64,000 nucleotides of DNA from Candidatus Sericytochromatia bacterium. GTDB taxonomy: Bacteria > Cyanobacteriota > Sericytochromatia > UBA7694. The notes under the pieces are model-generated. The model was not told where the DNA came from. It made no database searches and saw only the letters and a program-made list of their open reading frames with translations. Made by a program: the position numbers and the translations under genes. Location: the NCBI GenBank assembly GCA_964229355.1, contig CAXRDE010000005.1:101131-165130 (forward strand). The letters are read 5' to 3'. Positions 53,510-62,794 of the stretch are shown piece by piece (position 1 is the stretch's first letter; each line of letters starts with the position of its first letter).

Positions 53510-55765
53510 ATGCGAAATCAAACTCAATTTAGGCCCTACCGACCTGACTCTTTTCAGAAGCCACAGTCCCCGATTAAACAAAAACGAAACCGTGTCAGTC
53601 ACCTCCTATGGCAAACCTTCCGCTGGACAGCTCGCCTGAGCACCTTGCTGATCTTACTGGTTCTAACCAGTGTCAGCGGCGCTTTTTTTGGCATGAAAAA
53701 GAACTTTCAACATCTTCCTCAGGTCTCCCGTTTAGAATATTATGCTCCCGTAGAAAGCACCGAGATCCTCGATGCCCAGGGCAAATTACTGTATAAGCGC
53801 CACGGCGAAGAAAACCGCAAGGTGGTGGCCCTGCAAGAAATTCCCCTGCACGTACAGCGGGCCGTTATCGCCGCCGAGGACGCACGCTTTTATGAGCATA
53901 AAGGGGTCGATGTCAAAGGGTTGGCCCGGGCCTTAAAAGTCAACCTGGACGAAGGCAATGTGGTGCAAGGGGGAAGCAGCATTACCCAACAGGTGGTCAA
54001 AAACTTATTCTTGACCCCTGAGCGGACAGCGCAACGAAAACTGGCGGAAATGTGGATGGCCCTTCAGGTGGAGCAGCGGTATTCTAAGGCGCAAATTTTA
54101 GAGCTGTACCTGAATCAGGTGTACTGGGGCCACAATGCTTATGGCATTCAAGCCGCCGCCACCAACTACTTTGGCAAATCCGTCAAGCAACTGAATGTGG
54201 CCGAAGGCGCCCTTTTAGCGGGCTTACTTACCGGGCCAGAGCTTTATTCTCCTTATCACAACCCCAAAGGAGCCAAAGAGAGACAACGGCTTACCCTACA
54301 GCGCATGGTGGACACCGGTCACCTGACCCCCGGTGAAGAAAAAACAGCCTTAGCCACTCCCCTGAAGTATCCGGGAATTAAAGAAGGGAGCATGAAAGCC
54401 CCTTATTTTACCTCTTATGTTTTGGCCATGCTCAAAGAAAATTATGGCAACAGCCAGGCCTACAAAAATGGTCTGAAAGTCTATACGACGCTCAATGCGG
54501 ACTGGCAAAATCAGGGCGAAGCCCTATTAAGAAAGCACGTGGCCGCCAATCGCCGCTCACGGGTTTCTGAAGGAGCACTGGTCGCCATTGAAAACCAAAC
54601 CGGATTTGTACGCGCCATTGTAGGCGGCACGGGTTATCACAAAAGTCAGTTCAATCGTGCCTGGCAGGCTCAACGTCAACCCGGATCAGCCTTTAAGCCT
54701 TTTGTTTACTTAACAGCCTTTGCCCGGGGCTATCGCCCGGAGCACATTGAGATAGATGAACCCATTCGCTACCGCAAAGGATCTTACAGTTGGCAGCCCA
54801 AAAACTATGCCGGGGGTTACAGTGGCCCCATTACCCTACAACGCGCCCTGGAGCGCTCCAATAATATTGTAGCGGTCAAATTGGCCGAGCGGGTGGGCAA
54901 CGGCAATGTGATTGAAACAGCCCATCGTCTGGGCATTCGCTCCCCCTTACGCAACGTGTGGTCACTGGCCCTGGGCCCCAGTGAGGTCACGCCCCTGGAA
55001 ATGGCGAGTGCCTACCGTACCATTGCCCAGGGGGGTGATTACTTAGCGCCCACTCCCATTCTTTGGATTGAAGATCGTTTTGGCAATATTATCGAAGACA
55101 ACCGGCACCGCCAGCCTGAAAACGTGTACAGTCGCAGCGCCACAGAAATGTTAATCCCTTTAATGGTGGGCGTTATTGAGCGGGGAACTGCCCCACAGGC
55201 CCGTATTGGACGCCCTGCAGCAGGCAAAACCGGGACCACCAGCGACAACAAAGACGTGTGGTTTGTGGGCTTTACCCCGGACATTACCACGGCCGTGTGG
55301 GTAGGAAATGACAAGCCCCAAACCCTTTATGGAGCCACCGGCGGGCGTATTGCAGCGCCCCTTTGGGCCCAATTCATGCGCTACGTTCACAAGGGTGTTC
55401 CACCCCATAAATTTGCGTTTATGAAAGGATTGCCCGTCTTTAAAGGTGTGGCCATCAACACCGATGAAACCGGAAACTTTGAAGCGCAGTATGAACGCCT
55501 AAGCCCCTCTGCCGAACCCAGTGTGGATCCCTTTCTGGTCAACCCCAACACCTTTGAGGTGAAACCCGAAGATCTCGATGTGAACCTGGCGGATATTCCT
55601 GTGACTTTACCTTCAAGCGCTCAACTTCCACCCAATAGCGCTCCGATTCACCAGGGCATTACCAACCCCCAATCCCCCACCCAGGCCCAGGATCAGAAGG
55701 TGGTTTCGGAGCTCGATCAATTACTCAAAGAGCTCGATCGCTTAGAGGTGCCCAACGGCAATTAA
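53510..55765 (+). CDS. mrcA: Class A penicillin-binding protein 1A (glycosyltransferase + transpeptidase)
   Basis: GT51 motifs (AAEDARFYEHKGVD, GGSSITQQ); transpeptidase motifs present. Confidence 0.85.
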   Translation: MRNQTQFRPYRPDSFQKPQSPIKQKRNRVSHLLWQTFRWTARLSTLLILLVLTSVSGAFFGMKKNFQHLPQVSRLEYYAPVESTEILDAQGKLLYKRHGEENRKVVALQEIPLHVQRAVIAAEDARFYEHKGVDVKGLARALKVNLDEGNVVQGGSSITQQVVKNLFLTPERTAQRKLAEMWMALQVEQRYSKAQILELYLNQVYWGHNAYGIQAAATNYFGKSVKQLNVAEGALLAGLLTGPELYSPYHNPKGAKERQRLTLQRMVDTGHLTPGEEKTALATPLKYPGIKEGSMKAPYFTSYVLAMLKENYGNSQAYKNGLKVYTTLNADWQNQGEALLRKHVAANRRSRVSEGALVAIENQTGFVRAIVGGTGYHKSQFNRAWQAQRQPGSAFKPFVYLTAFARGYRPEHIEIDEPIRYRKGSYSWQPKNYAGGYSGPITLQRALERSNNIVAVKLAERVGNGNVIETAHRLGIRSPLRNVWSLALGPSEVTPLEMASAYRTIAQGGDYLAPTPILWIEDRFGNIIEDNRHRQPENVYSRSATEMLIPLMVGVIERGTAPQARIGRPAAGKTGTTSDNKDVWFVGFTPDITTAVWVGNDKPQTLYGATGGRIAAPLWAQFMRYVHKGVPPHKFAFMKGLPVFKGVAINTDETGNFEAQYERLSPSAEPSVDPFLVNPNTFEVKPEDLDVNLADIPVTLPSSAQLPPNSAPIHQGITNPQSPTQAQDQKVVSELDQLLKELDRLEVPNGN

Positions 55766-55861
55766 AAAACCGTGAATTTTATTTTCATTTGCGCACATTC
55801 CCTGTAAGGGATGGTATGATATTCACGTTCCAAGCCAAACACAGTAAGGAGAATGAACACC

Positions 55862-56101
55862 ATGGCCTATATTATTACGTCACCCTGCGTCGAAACCAAA
55901 GATGCAGCGTGTGTTGAAGTTTGCCCCGTAGACTGTATTCACACCGACGATGATGCTCCTCAGTACTATATTAACCCTGATGAATGCATCGACTGCGGTG
56001 CCTGTGCGCCTGTTTGTCCTGTAGAAGCCATCTTCCCCGAAGAAGATGTTCCTGAAGAGGATGAGTCCTTCATCGCCACCAACGCAGAATACTTCGAATA
56101 A
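55862..56101 (+). CDS. 7Fe-type ferredoxin (3Fe-4S/4Fe-4S)
   Basis: CVEVCPVDCI and CIDCGACAPVCP cysteine clusters. Start MAYIITSPC; the listed ORF begins 9 nt earlier. Confidence 0.75.
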   Translation: MAYIITSPCVETKDAACVEVCPVDCIHTDDDAPQYYINPDECIDCGACAPVCPVEAIFPEEDVPEEDESFIATNAEYFE

Positions 56102-56139
56102 AGCCTTTTGGGCGATATCGATTTCGAAGGTGTTTACAG

Positions 56140-56172
56140 GCACCGCCTCCATTGCGGGGCGGTGCTCTTGCT
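56140..56172 (+). terminator. GC-rich hairpin then T-rich tract after the ferredoxin gene
   Basis: gcaccgcc / ggcggtgc 8-bp stem, then tcttgctt. Confidence 0.4.
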
Positions 56173-56251
56173 TAAATCGATGTGAGCAAGCTCACACACA
56201 GCTGTCAAAATGAAGTTACAATAAAAGGTAAAGCTTTGCAGAAGGTATGCT

Positions 56252-56422
56252 ATGGCCAGCCACTTTGACCGTGTCATTCAAGAGTTTCATGAAAAACGCT
56301 TAGACAAAGAAATTTACGCGCAACGGGTGCGCTACGAACGTATGCAAGAGCTCAAAGAACTCGCCGCCAGTGCAGATCAAGAAACGCGCAAACGCCGGGT
56401 TCGCCGCTACAACACCTATTAG
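56252..56422 (+). CDS. Possible 56-aa basic small protein (below ORF-track length cutoff)
   Basis: ATG at 56252 with AAGG RBS. Encodes MASHFDRVIQEFHEKRLDKEIYAQRVRYERMQELKELAASADQETRKRRVRRYNTY. Its stop TAG directly abuts the ATG of the AMMECR1 gene. Confidence 0.25.
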   Translation: MASHFDRVIQEFHEKRLDKEIYAQRVRYERMQELKELAASADQETRKRRVRRYNTY

Positions 56423-56950
56423 ATGATAACCAGCCTTCCTCAACTGGCCCGCGAAAGTTTAGCCACCTATCTTCAAACCCAACATCTTCTACAGCTTTCC
56501 CCGCAGGACTGCAGCCCCGCACTGGCCAGTTTTTTTACCACGTCAGCGGGAGCCTTTGTCACCCTAAAAACGGGGGGACACCTACGCGGTTGTATCGGAA
56601 CGATCACCCCCACACAGCCCCAGGTGATACAGGAAGTGATCATCAATGCCTGTGCAGCGGGCACCCGTGACCCCCGATTTCCTGCCGTAAGTCCAGAGGA
56701 GTTAGACCGTTTAAGCTATAGCGTCTCCGTTATGCATCCTCCTGAAGCGATTACAGACGTCACCCAGCTCGATCCTCAGCGTTATGGTGTTATTGTAAAA
56801 TCCGGTCAGCGACAAGGTTTGTTACTGCCACAGTTGGACGGTATTCACCACGTCGAACAGCAAATCTTCCATGCCCGTCAAAAGGCGGGCATTCCACCCA
56901 ATGCTCCCCTTGCATTATCACGCTTTCAAGTGGACTTTTATGAGGAATGA
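56423..56950 (+). CDS. AMMECR1-domain protein
   Basis: LRGCIG signature motif and overall size. Confidence 0.8.
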   Translation: MITSLPQLARESLATYLQTQHLLQLSPQDCSPALASFFTTSAGAFVTLKTGGHLRGCIGTITPTQPQVIQEVIINACAAGTRDPRFPAVSPEELDRLSYSVSVMHPPEAITDVTQLDPQRYGVIVKSGQRQGLLLPQLDGIHHVEQQIFHARQKAGIPPNAPLALSRFQVDFYEE

Positions 56951-57015
56951 CCAGCCTGAATTCCTGTGATATAATGAAAAAACACGCTATTACCACCCGA
57001 AATTAGAGGTTACCC

Positions 57016-58749
57016 ATGGGACTCCTGAAAGCGGCGGACGCCGAATATTTATTACTTGATGATGAACTGCCTACGCAAAGTATGGCCTTGCGAAGCCAGG
57101 AAGATGGCCCCCCAGAGTACGAAATGTCGGGTCCTATCATCATTGGCGGTTCAGGCGTCCTTGAGCTCGAAGACCTTGACCTCAGTCAGTACACCAGCGA
57201 TGACGGCGTTTTTTTTACGGCCGCCACCACAGAGATCACCTTTGGTGAAGCCGTTACCATTGGTGGCAGTCGCACCGCGGTAGAAGAGCCCGAAGAATAT
57301 ACATCCTACGACAGCTTCGCCAACGAAGAAGACGAATACGGGGCCTTGCCTGATTACGGGACCGAGTACGATTTACCCCTGGAGGAGGAGTTTGTCGACG
57401 AGGATCCCAACCAGGAACCCGCTGCCATCAAAGACTTCTCTAAACTTTCAAGCATCGGTAATGAAGACGACGAGCAGGGCGCTGCTGCCTGGGCCGATAG
57501 CCAACGCACGAGCATGATGACCCGTCTGGACGACAAAGTTCGCCAGATGATGAACGAACAGGGCAGCGTTTTCAAACAACAATCGAAGGAACAGCTCTCT
57601 TTCGTCTCTGCCGAAGAGAAAAACCGCCTCGTCTCTGAGGCCATGGAGACGCTCCGCCACAATCCCCAGGCCGAGTCTCTGGATTTTGAAAAAATCTTTC
57701 AGGATATTGCGGACTACATTGAAAATCTGGCCTGGCATCACACTGAAAAAATCCATGAAGACATGGAAGCTGAACGGGCACAAAGCTTAGCCACCATTGA
57801 AGAATACGTCGAAAACTCCATCAACGAACAACGCGAACAAATGATGATGGAAGCCCAGGAGTACATCTCGAAAACCGTTCAGGAGTACAAACAGTCCCTC
57901 ACCGAAGACAACGAATATATTAAGGCCGCCAACCAAATCATTGCAGACCGCGAAAATATTCTTAACGAAGCTTACGAAAAATCCTTGCTCATGGTACAAG
58001 AGGCCGAAACCGAGCACGGACGCATCATGGAAGACGCCCTGATGCAACAGCAACAGGCAGAGCAGACCCTTCAGGAGGCAGAAGCCCAGGTGGAGCTTAT
58101 GGCCCAGGAAGCCCAGGCCGAAGCGGAACGTATTCTCTCTGAAGCCAATATGGAAGCCGCCCGCATTATTGAAGCCGCCGAACAATCTCACCAGGAGATT
58201 GTGGAAGCTGCCACTCAGGATGGTTTCAACGTGGGTTACCAGGAGGGCCGCGAAGAGGCCATCAAAGAAAATGCCCAGTTGCTCATGGAGACCACCAACG
58301 CTCTCAACAAGCTCCACGCTGCGTTCCCTGTAGCGGTCAAACAAAATGAAGACAAGCTGATCAAATTGGCCCTCGAAATCTCTCGCGAAGTCATTCAAGA
58401 CGAACTGGCCATGAAGCCCGAAATCGTTCTCAAAAACGTGGAGCGCGCCATTGGCAAGGTGTCAGACCTCGAGAAAGTCTTAATCAAGGTCAACCCGCTG
58501 GATCTGGATATGATTCTGCCCAAACAAGAGTACTTCAAAAAGTTGCTGCCTGACGTTCAAGACTTTGTTATCACCGGTCACTACTCCATTGAGCGGGGCG
58601 GTTGTACCATTGAAACCAACTCGGGCACCATTGATGCCCAGGTCAACACGCAGCTGGCGGTTGTGGAAGAGGTCTTCCAACAGATTCGCGCCGAGTATGA
58701 CTTTGACGATGACGATGACGATGACATGAATGAAGAGGATGAAATCTAA
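57016..58749 (+). CDS. FliH/SctL-like type III ATPase regulator with very long acidic, coiled-coil N-terminal extension
   Basis: C-terminal about 130 aa (KVLIKVNPLDLDMIL...YSIERGGCTIETNSGTIDAQVNTQL) matches the FliH/HrpE C-domain pattern (GGC.IET..G.IDA....QL). N-terminal 400 aa is D/E/Q-rich, with a poly-Asp tail. AGAGG RBS. Confidence 0.5.
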   Translation: MGLLKAADAEYLLLDDELPTQSMALRSQEDGPPEYEMSGPIIIGGSGVLELEDLDLSQYTSDDGVFFTAATTEITFGEAVTIGGSRTAVEEPEEYTSYDSFANEEDEYGALPDYGTEYDLPLEEEFVDEDPNQEPAAIKDFSKLSSIGNEDDEQGAAAWADSQRTSMMTRLDDKVRQMMNEQGSVFKQQSKEQLSFVSAEEKNRLVSEAMETLRHNPQAESLDFEKIFQDIADYIENLAWHHTEKIHEDMEAERAQSLATIEEYVENSINEQREQMMMEAQEYISKTVQEYKQSLTEDNEYIKAANQIIADRENILNEAYEKSLLMVQEAETEHGRIMEDALMQQQQAEQTLQEAEAQVELMAQEAQAEAERILSEANMEAARIIEAAEQSHQEIVEAATQDGFNVGYQEGREEAIKENAQLLMETTNALNKLHAAFPVAVKQNEDKLIKLALEISREVIQDELAMKPEIVLKNVERAIGKVSDLEKVLIKVNPLDLDMILPKQEYFKKLLPDVQDFVITGHYSIERGGCTIETNSGTIDAQVNTQLAVVEEVFQQIRAEYDFDDDDDDDMNEEDEI

Positions 58750-60132
58750 GTGGGAAACTTAGCTTACGCACAGGGCGTTGACGAATCTTACGAGCATTAT
58801 TTTGACTACCAAAACTACCAGGTCGTCCTCAATAACACCAATCTGATTCGCGCCAAAGGCTCTGTGGTTCAGGTGGTCGGTCTGGTGCTTGAGGCACTGC
58901 TTCAGGGCGTCGAGATCGGTGAACTGTGTTTTATTCGTTCTGCAGACCGCAAACGCACCTATCCGTGCGAAGTGGTGGGCTTTCGTGCCCGCCGCGTTCT
59001 CCTCATGCCGCTGGCAAACCTTGAAGGAATTGGTGCCGGTGCAGAAGTTATTGCCACCGGTAAACAGGTCTCCGTCAAGTGCGGCCCCGGCCTGCTGGGC
59101 CGTGTACTGGATGGTCTGGGGAACCCTATCGACGGGAAAGGCCCCATTGTCGCTGAAAAATACTACCCCTTGCGAGCCCCTGCGCCCAACCCCATGAAAC
59201 GGAAACGGATCGATACCGTTATGCCCACCGGGGTACGTGTGATTGACGGAATGCTCACCTTTGGCGCAGGCCAACGGGTCGGCATGTTCGCCGGTTCAGG
59301 GGTTGGTAAATCGACGCTGTTGGGTGCCATTGCCCGAAACGCCAAAGCGGATATCGCTGTGGTCTGTAACGTGGGGGAACGGGGCCGGGAAGTTCTGGAA
59401 TTTATTGAAGATAACTTAGGTGAAGAAGGCATGGCACGGGCCGTGGTTATTTCAGCTACCTCTGATACCTCTTCGTTGGAACGGGTAAAAGCCGCCTATA
59501 CCGCCACAGCAGTCTGCGAGTACTTCCGAGATCAAGGCAAAAACGTCTTCTTAATGATGGACTCTGTAACCCGATTTGCCATGGCACAGCGGGAGATCGG
59601 GTTGGCCATCGGTGAACCCCCTGCTACCAAAGGGTACACCCCTTCGGTATTTGCCCTGTTGCCTGAGCTTTTAGAACGCACCGGGATGGGAGAAACGGGT
59701 TCAATTACGGCCCTTTACACCGTACTGGTGGAAGGGGGTGATATGGACGAGCCTGTTGCTGACGCAGTTCGAGGTATCTTAGATGGCCACATTGTAATGA
59801 GTCGTAAAATTGCCTCAGACAACATTTACCCCGCCATTGACATTCTTCCCAGCGTTAGCCGTCTCTTCAACGCCCTCACCACCCCTGAACATCAGGCTGC
59901 GGCTTCAGAAGTACGCAATATTCTGTCCACTTATGAAAGCGCGGTGGACCTGATTAACATCGGGGCTTATGTACGCGGTAGTAACGCCGATATTGACCAT
60001 GCCATCTCGATGATTGACCAGATCAAGAGCTTCCGCAAACAGGGCGTTAACGATCCGACCCCCTTCCAGGATACCGTCAACGCCGTCAAGCAGCTAGGAA
60101 CCAAAACCGCCAGTTGGGCGAACCTCGCTTAA
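58750..60132 (+). CDS. fliI: Type III secretion / flagellar export ATPase (FliI/SctN family)
   Basis: GTG start overlapping previous stop (TAAGTG) with GAGGA RBS. Walker A GSGVGKST, Walker B LLMMDSVTR, and the overall F1-like ATPase pattern. Confidence 0.85.
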   Translation: MGNLAYAQGVDESYEHYFDYQNYQVVLNNTNLIRAKGSVVQVVGLVLEALLQGVEIGELCFIRSADRKRTYPCEVVGFRARRVLLMPLANLEGIGAGAEVIATGKQVSVKCGPGLLGRVLDGLGNPIDGKGPIVAEKYYPLRAPAPNPMKRKRIDTVMPTGVRVIDGMLTFGAGQRVGMFAGSGVGKSTLLGAIARNAKADIAVVCNVGERGREVLEFIEDNLGEEGMARAVVISATSDTSSLERVKAAYTATAVCEYFRDQGKNVFLMMDSVTRFAMAQREIGLAIGEPPATKGYTPSVFALLPELLERTGMGETGSITALYTVLVEGGDMDEPVADAVRGILDGHIVMSRKIASDNIYPAIDILPSVSRLFNALTTPEHQAAASEVRNILSTYESAVDLINIGAYVRGSNADIDHAISMIDQIKSFRKQGVNDPTPFQDTVNAVKQLGTKTASWANLA

Positions 60133-60171
60133 TGTCCGTATCTATTTTCTACGTGAGCCGCTGCTAAGGCA

Positions 60172-61596
60172 ATGGCTGGTGGTGGTGGACTGGGAACAGA
60201 AAACTTACTGCTCGCCACAGGTGTGGTCAGCACCTGCATTTTTATGGTGGCTGCCTTTGCCAGCTCCGAAGCCTCTATTTTGGCGGCCAATCGCCTGAGA
60301 ATTCAACAGCTGGCGGATCGGGGCGATAAACAAGCCCAGGCCTTTTGCGAGCTGCGAGACAACGAAGACAAAATGTTTGCCACCATTTTGGCTGTGGAAA
60401 ACATGTTTATTATTTTCGCGGCTTCTTTTGGGGTTTCTTCGGCAGAGCGTATCTTGGGTAAGGATCACCACATTATGCTGGGATCCATCACTTTGCTCAC
60501 CTTAACACTCATTCCCTTTTTACTGGAATTTTTGATTGTATTGTTTGGTGAGATTACACCCAAAACCTACGCAGCTCGCCACGCAACGCGCATGGCTTTA
60601 CTGATCTCTCGCCCCCTGAATCTCATTGTCAAAATCCTTTATCCGCTCATCCGCTTTACCTTTGTCATTCCCTCGCGCCTGCTCATTCAAGGACTGGATC
60701 GCATTTTTGGCCACAACGAACACGGCCCCAGCATTACCGAAGAAGAATTGCTTTTAATGATTGACCGCAGCAGTCAAGAAGGCATTCTGGATGATGACGA
60801 ACACAATTTGCTGCGCAATGTGTTCGAGTTTGGGGACACCCGTGTTTCTGAGGTCATGACCAGTCGTACCCATATTGAGGCTTTTGATCTCAACGAAAGC
60901 GTTCAAGAGGCGCTGCCCCGCATGATGAAAAGTGGACACTCTCGCTTTCCAATTTATCGGGAGTCCATTGATGACATTCAGGGCCTGGTGCATCTCAAGG
61001 AATTAATCCGTCTGCACTACAATGGAAAAATCCAACCGGATATGCGCCTGTCCCAATTTGTACGGCCCACCTTGTTTATTCCTGAAAACAAACGCATTAT
61101 CCAATTGCTCGAAATGATGCAAAAGCACCGCTTACGCACCGTCATTGTAGCCGATGAATATGGCGGCACGGAGGGGTTAATCACCTTTAATGACCTGATG
61201 CGCGAGGTCTTTGATGATGTCAAAGCCATCAACCCCGATAACTTAGACATTCAAAAAATAGGCCCCGACAGTTTTTTAATTCAGGCCCAGACTTCCATTT
61301 ACGCCATCGAAGAAGAATTAAATTTTGTGTTTCCCGAAGGCAAGTACCAAACCCTGGCGGGTTTTGTCCTGGAGCAGTTGGGGCACATTCCCCAGGTGGG
61401 AGAAGGTTTTCAATATGGTAACTGGCTGCTTACCGTCAATGCTGTAAGCGGTCCTAAAATCGAACGGATTGAGCTCAAAAAAACTGCCCAAACCACCCCC
61501 TTAAAAAATCAAAGTAACACTGACGCTTTAACAGCGCAAGAACACATTACCCGTCCGTTAAAGTCCACCAAACAATGGGGACCCGAAGCGGTCTAA
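60172..61596 (+). CDS. CNNM/HlyC/CorC-family transporter (DUF21 + CBS pair + CorC_HlyC)
   Basis: N-terminal 4-TM DUF21, CBS-like segments, C-terminal transporter-associated domain. Confidence 0.75.
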   Translation: MAGGGGLGTENLLLATGVVSTCIFMVAAFASSEASILAANRLRIQQLADRGDKQAQAFCELRDNEDKMFATILAVENMFIIFAASFGVSSAERILGKDHHIMLGSITLLTLTLIPFLLEFLIVLFGEITPKTYAARHATRMALLISRPLNLIVKILYPLIRFTFVIPSRLLIQGLDRIFGHNEHGPSITEEELLLMIDRSSQEGILDDDEHNLLRNVFEFGDTRVSEVMTSRTHIEAFDLNESVQEALPRMMKSGHSRFPIYRESIDDIQGLVHLKELIRLHYNGKIQPDMRLSQFVRPTLFIPENKRIIQLLEMMQKHRLRTVIVADEYGGTEGLITFNDLMREVFDDVKAINPDNLDIQKIGPDSFLIQAQTSIYAIEEELNFVFPEGKYQTLAGFVLEQLGHIPQVGEGFQYGNWLLTVNAVSGPKIERIELKKTAQTTPLKNQSNTDALTAQEHITRPLKSTKQWGPEAV

Positions 61597-61612
61597 ACAG
61601 AAAGAGGAAACC

Positions 61613-62776
61613 ATGTACACTTATTTAGTGCTGGGTGCCGGCATTCAAGGCACCACCATCGCTTACGATATGGCCCGCTTTGGCGATGCCAGCGTAGTGC
61701 ATTTAAAAGATGCCGTGGGCACGCAGGCTGAAGCATCGGCAGCTCACATTAACCAACTTCTCACGCAGGAAGGTCTAAACCCCTGTGTGCAAGCCGGAGA
61801 GATCGATGTCACCGACACCGTTGCCTTAAAAGCAGCCATGCAGGACGTCAATAGCTGCCTGAGCGCAGTCCCTTACCGCTTTAATCCGGTCATTGCAGCT
61901 TGTGCGGTAGAAACCCAAACCCATTTTAACGATCTCGGCGGTAACACCGCCCTTGTTCAAGAGGAACTCGCCCTCCACGATCAGGCCCTGGCAGCAGGTG
62001 TTTCACTGATTCCCGACTGCGGTCTGGCCCCTGGTCTGGGCAACACCCTGGCCGCTTACGGCATTCAACAATTGGATCACTGCGATGAGGTTCAAATTCG
62101 CTGTGGGGGTCTCCCCCAGAACCCCCAACCCCCGCTGGACTACATGATTGTCTTTAGCATTGAGGGCCTCACCAACGAATATTTTGGTAAGGCGGTGGTC
62201 TTACGCAACGGGCAGATTGAAGAAGTAGATACCTTTGAAGAATTAGAAACCCTGCATATCGAAGGTCTGGGCGAAGTTGAAGCCTTTACAACCTCGGGTG
62301 GCACCTCTACTTGCCCCTGGACCTATCAGGGTCAGGTCAATACCTATGAGTACAAAACCATTCGCTATAAAGGCCACCATGCCAAGTTCAAAGTGCTCAA
62401 AGATCTTGGGCTCTTAGAACTGGATGCGGTCAATGTTAAAGGTCAGCAAGTGGTGCCCCGTGATGTGTTCCACGCAGTGGCCAAGGAACGCCTCACCTTT
62501 GAAGACAAACGAGATTTGGTGGTAATTCAGGCCGTGTGCAAAGGCACCCTGAACGGCAGTCCCAAAACCGTGGGCTACACAATATTGGATTATTACGATG
62601 AAGCCACTCAGTTTAATGCCATGTCCCGCATGACGGGTTATCCCGCTTCCATTGTGGCCATTATGTCGGCCCGGGGCCAAAACGAAAAAGGTGCCGTGCC
62701 TTTGGAGCGGGCTGTGCCCGGCGATATTTTTATGGAAGAACTGGCCAAACGGGGCATTAACATTCAAGTGCTCTAA
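61613..62776 (+). CDS. Saccharopine dehydrogenase-family NAD(P)-dependent oxidoreductase
   Basis: LVLGAGIQG Rossmann N-terminus; overall SDH/LysDH-like pattern. Confidence 0.65.
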   Translation: MYTYLVLGAGIQGTTIAYDMARFGDASVVHLKDAVGTQAEASAAHINQLLTQEGLNPCVQAGEIDVTDTVALKAAMQDVNSCLSAVPYRFNPVIAACAVETQTHFNDLGGNTALVQEELALHDQALAAGVSLIPDCGLAPGLGNTLAAYGIQQLDHCDEVQIRCGGLPQNPQPPLDYMIVFSIEGLTNEYFGKAVVLRNGQIEEVDTFEELETLHIEGLGEVEAFTTSGGTSTCPWTYQGQVNTYEYKTIRYKGHHAKFKVLKDLGLLELDAVNVKGQQVVPRDVFHAVAKERLTFEDKRDLVVIQAVCKGTLNGSPKTVGYTILDYYDEATQFNAMSRMTGYPASIVAIMSARGQNEKGAVPLERAVPGDIFMEELAKRGINIQVL

Positions 62777-62794
62777 ATCCTGACACCCTGGCGC

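Noticed and set aside
57787-58398. Minus-strand 203-aa ORF inside the FliH-like gene
   Set aside because: Antisense of a highly biased acidic coding region; Phe/Leu/Gly-rich translation is an artefact of GAA/GAG-rich sense codons.
58759-59432. Minus-strand ORFs inside fliI
   Set aside because: Antisense to a gene with unambiguous Walker motifs.
57016-60132. Interpreting FliH/FliI as evidence of a complete injectisome
   Set aside because: No SctV/SctJ/SctC or other T3SS structural genes are present nearby, so the ATPase complex alone cannot support that claim.
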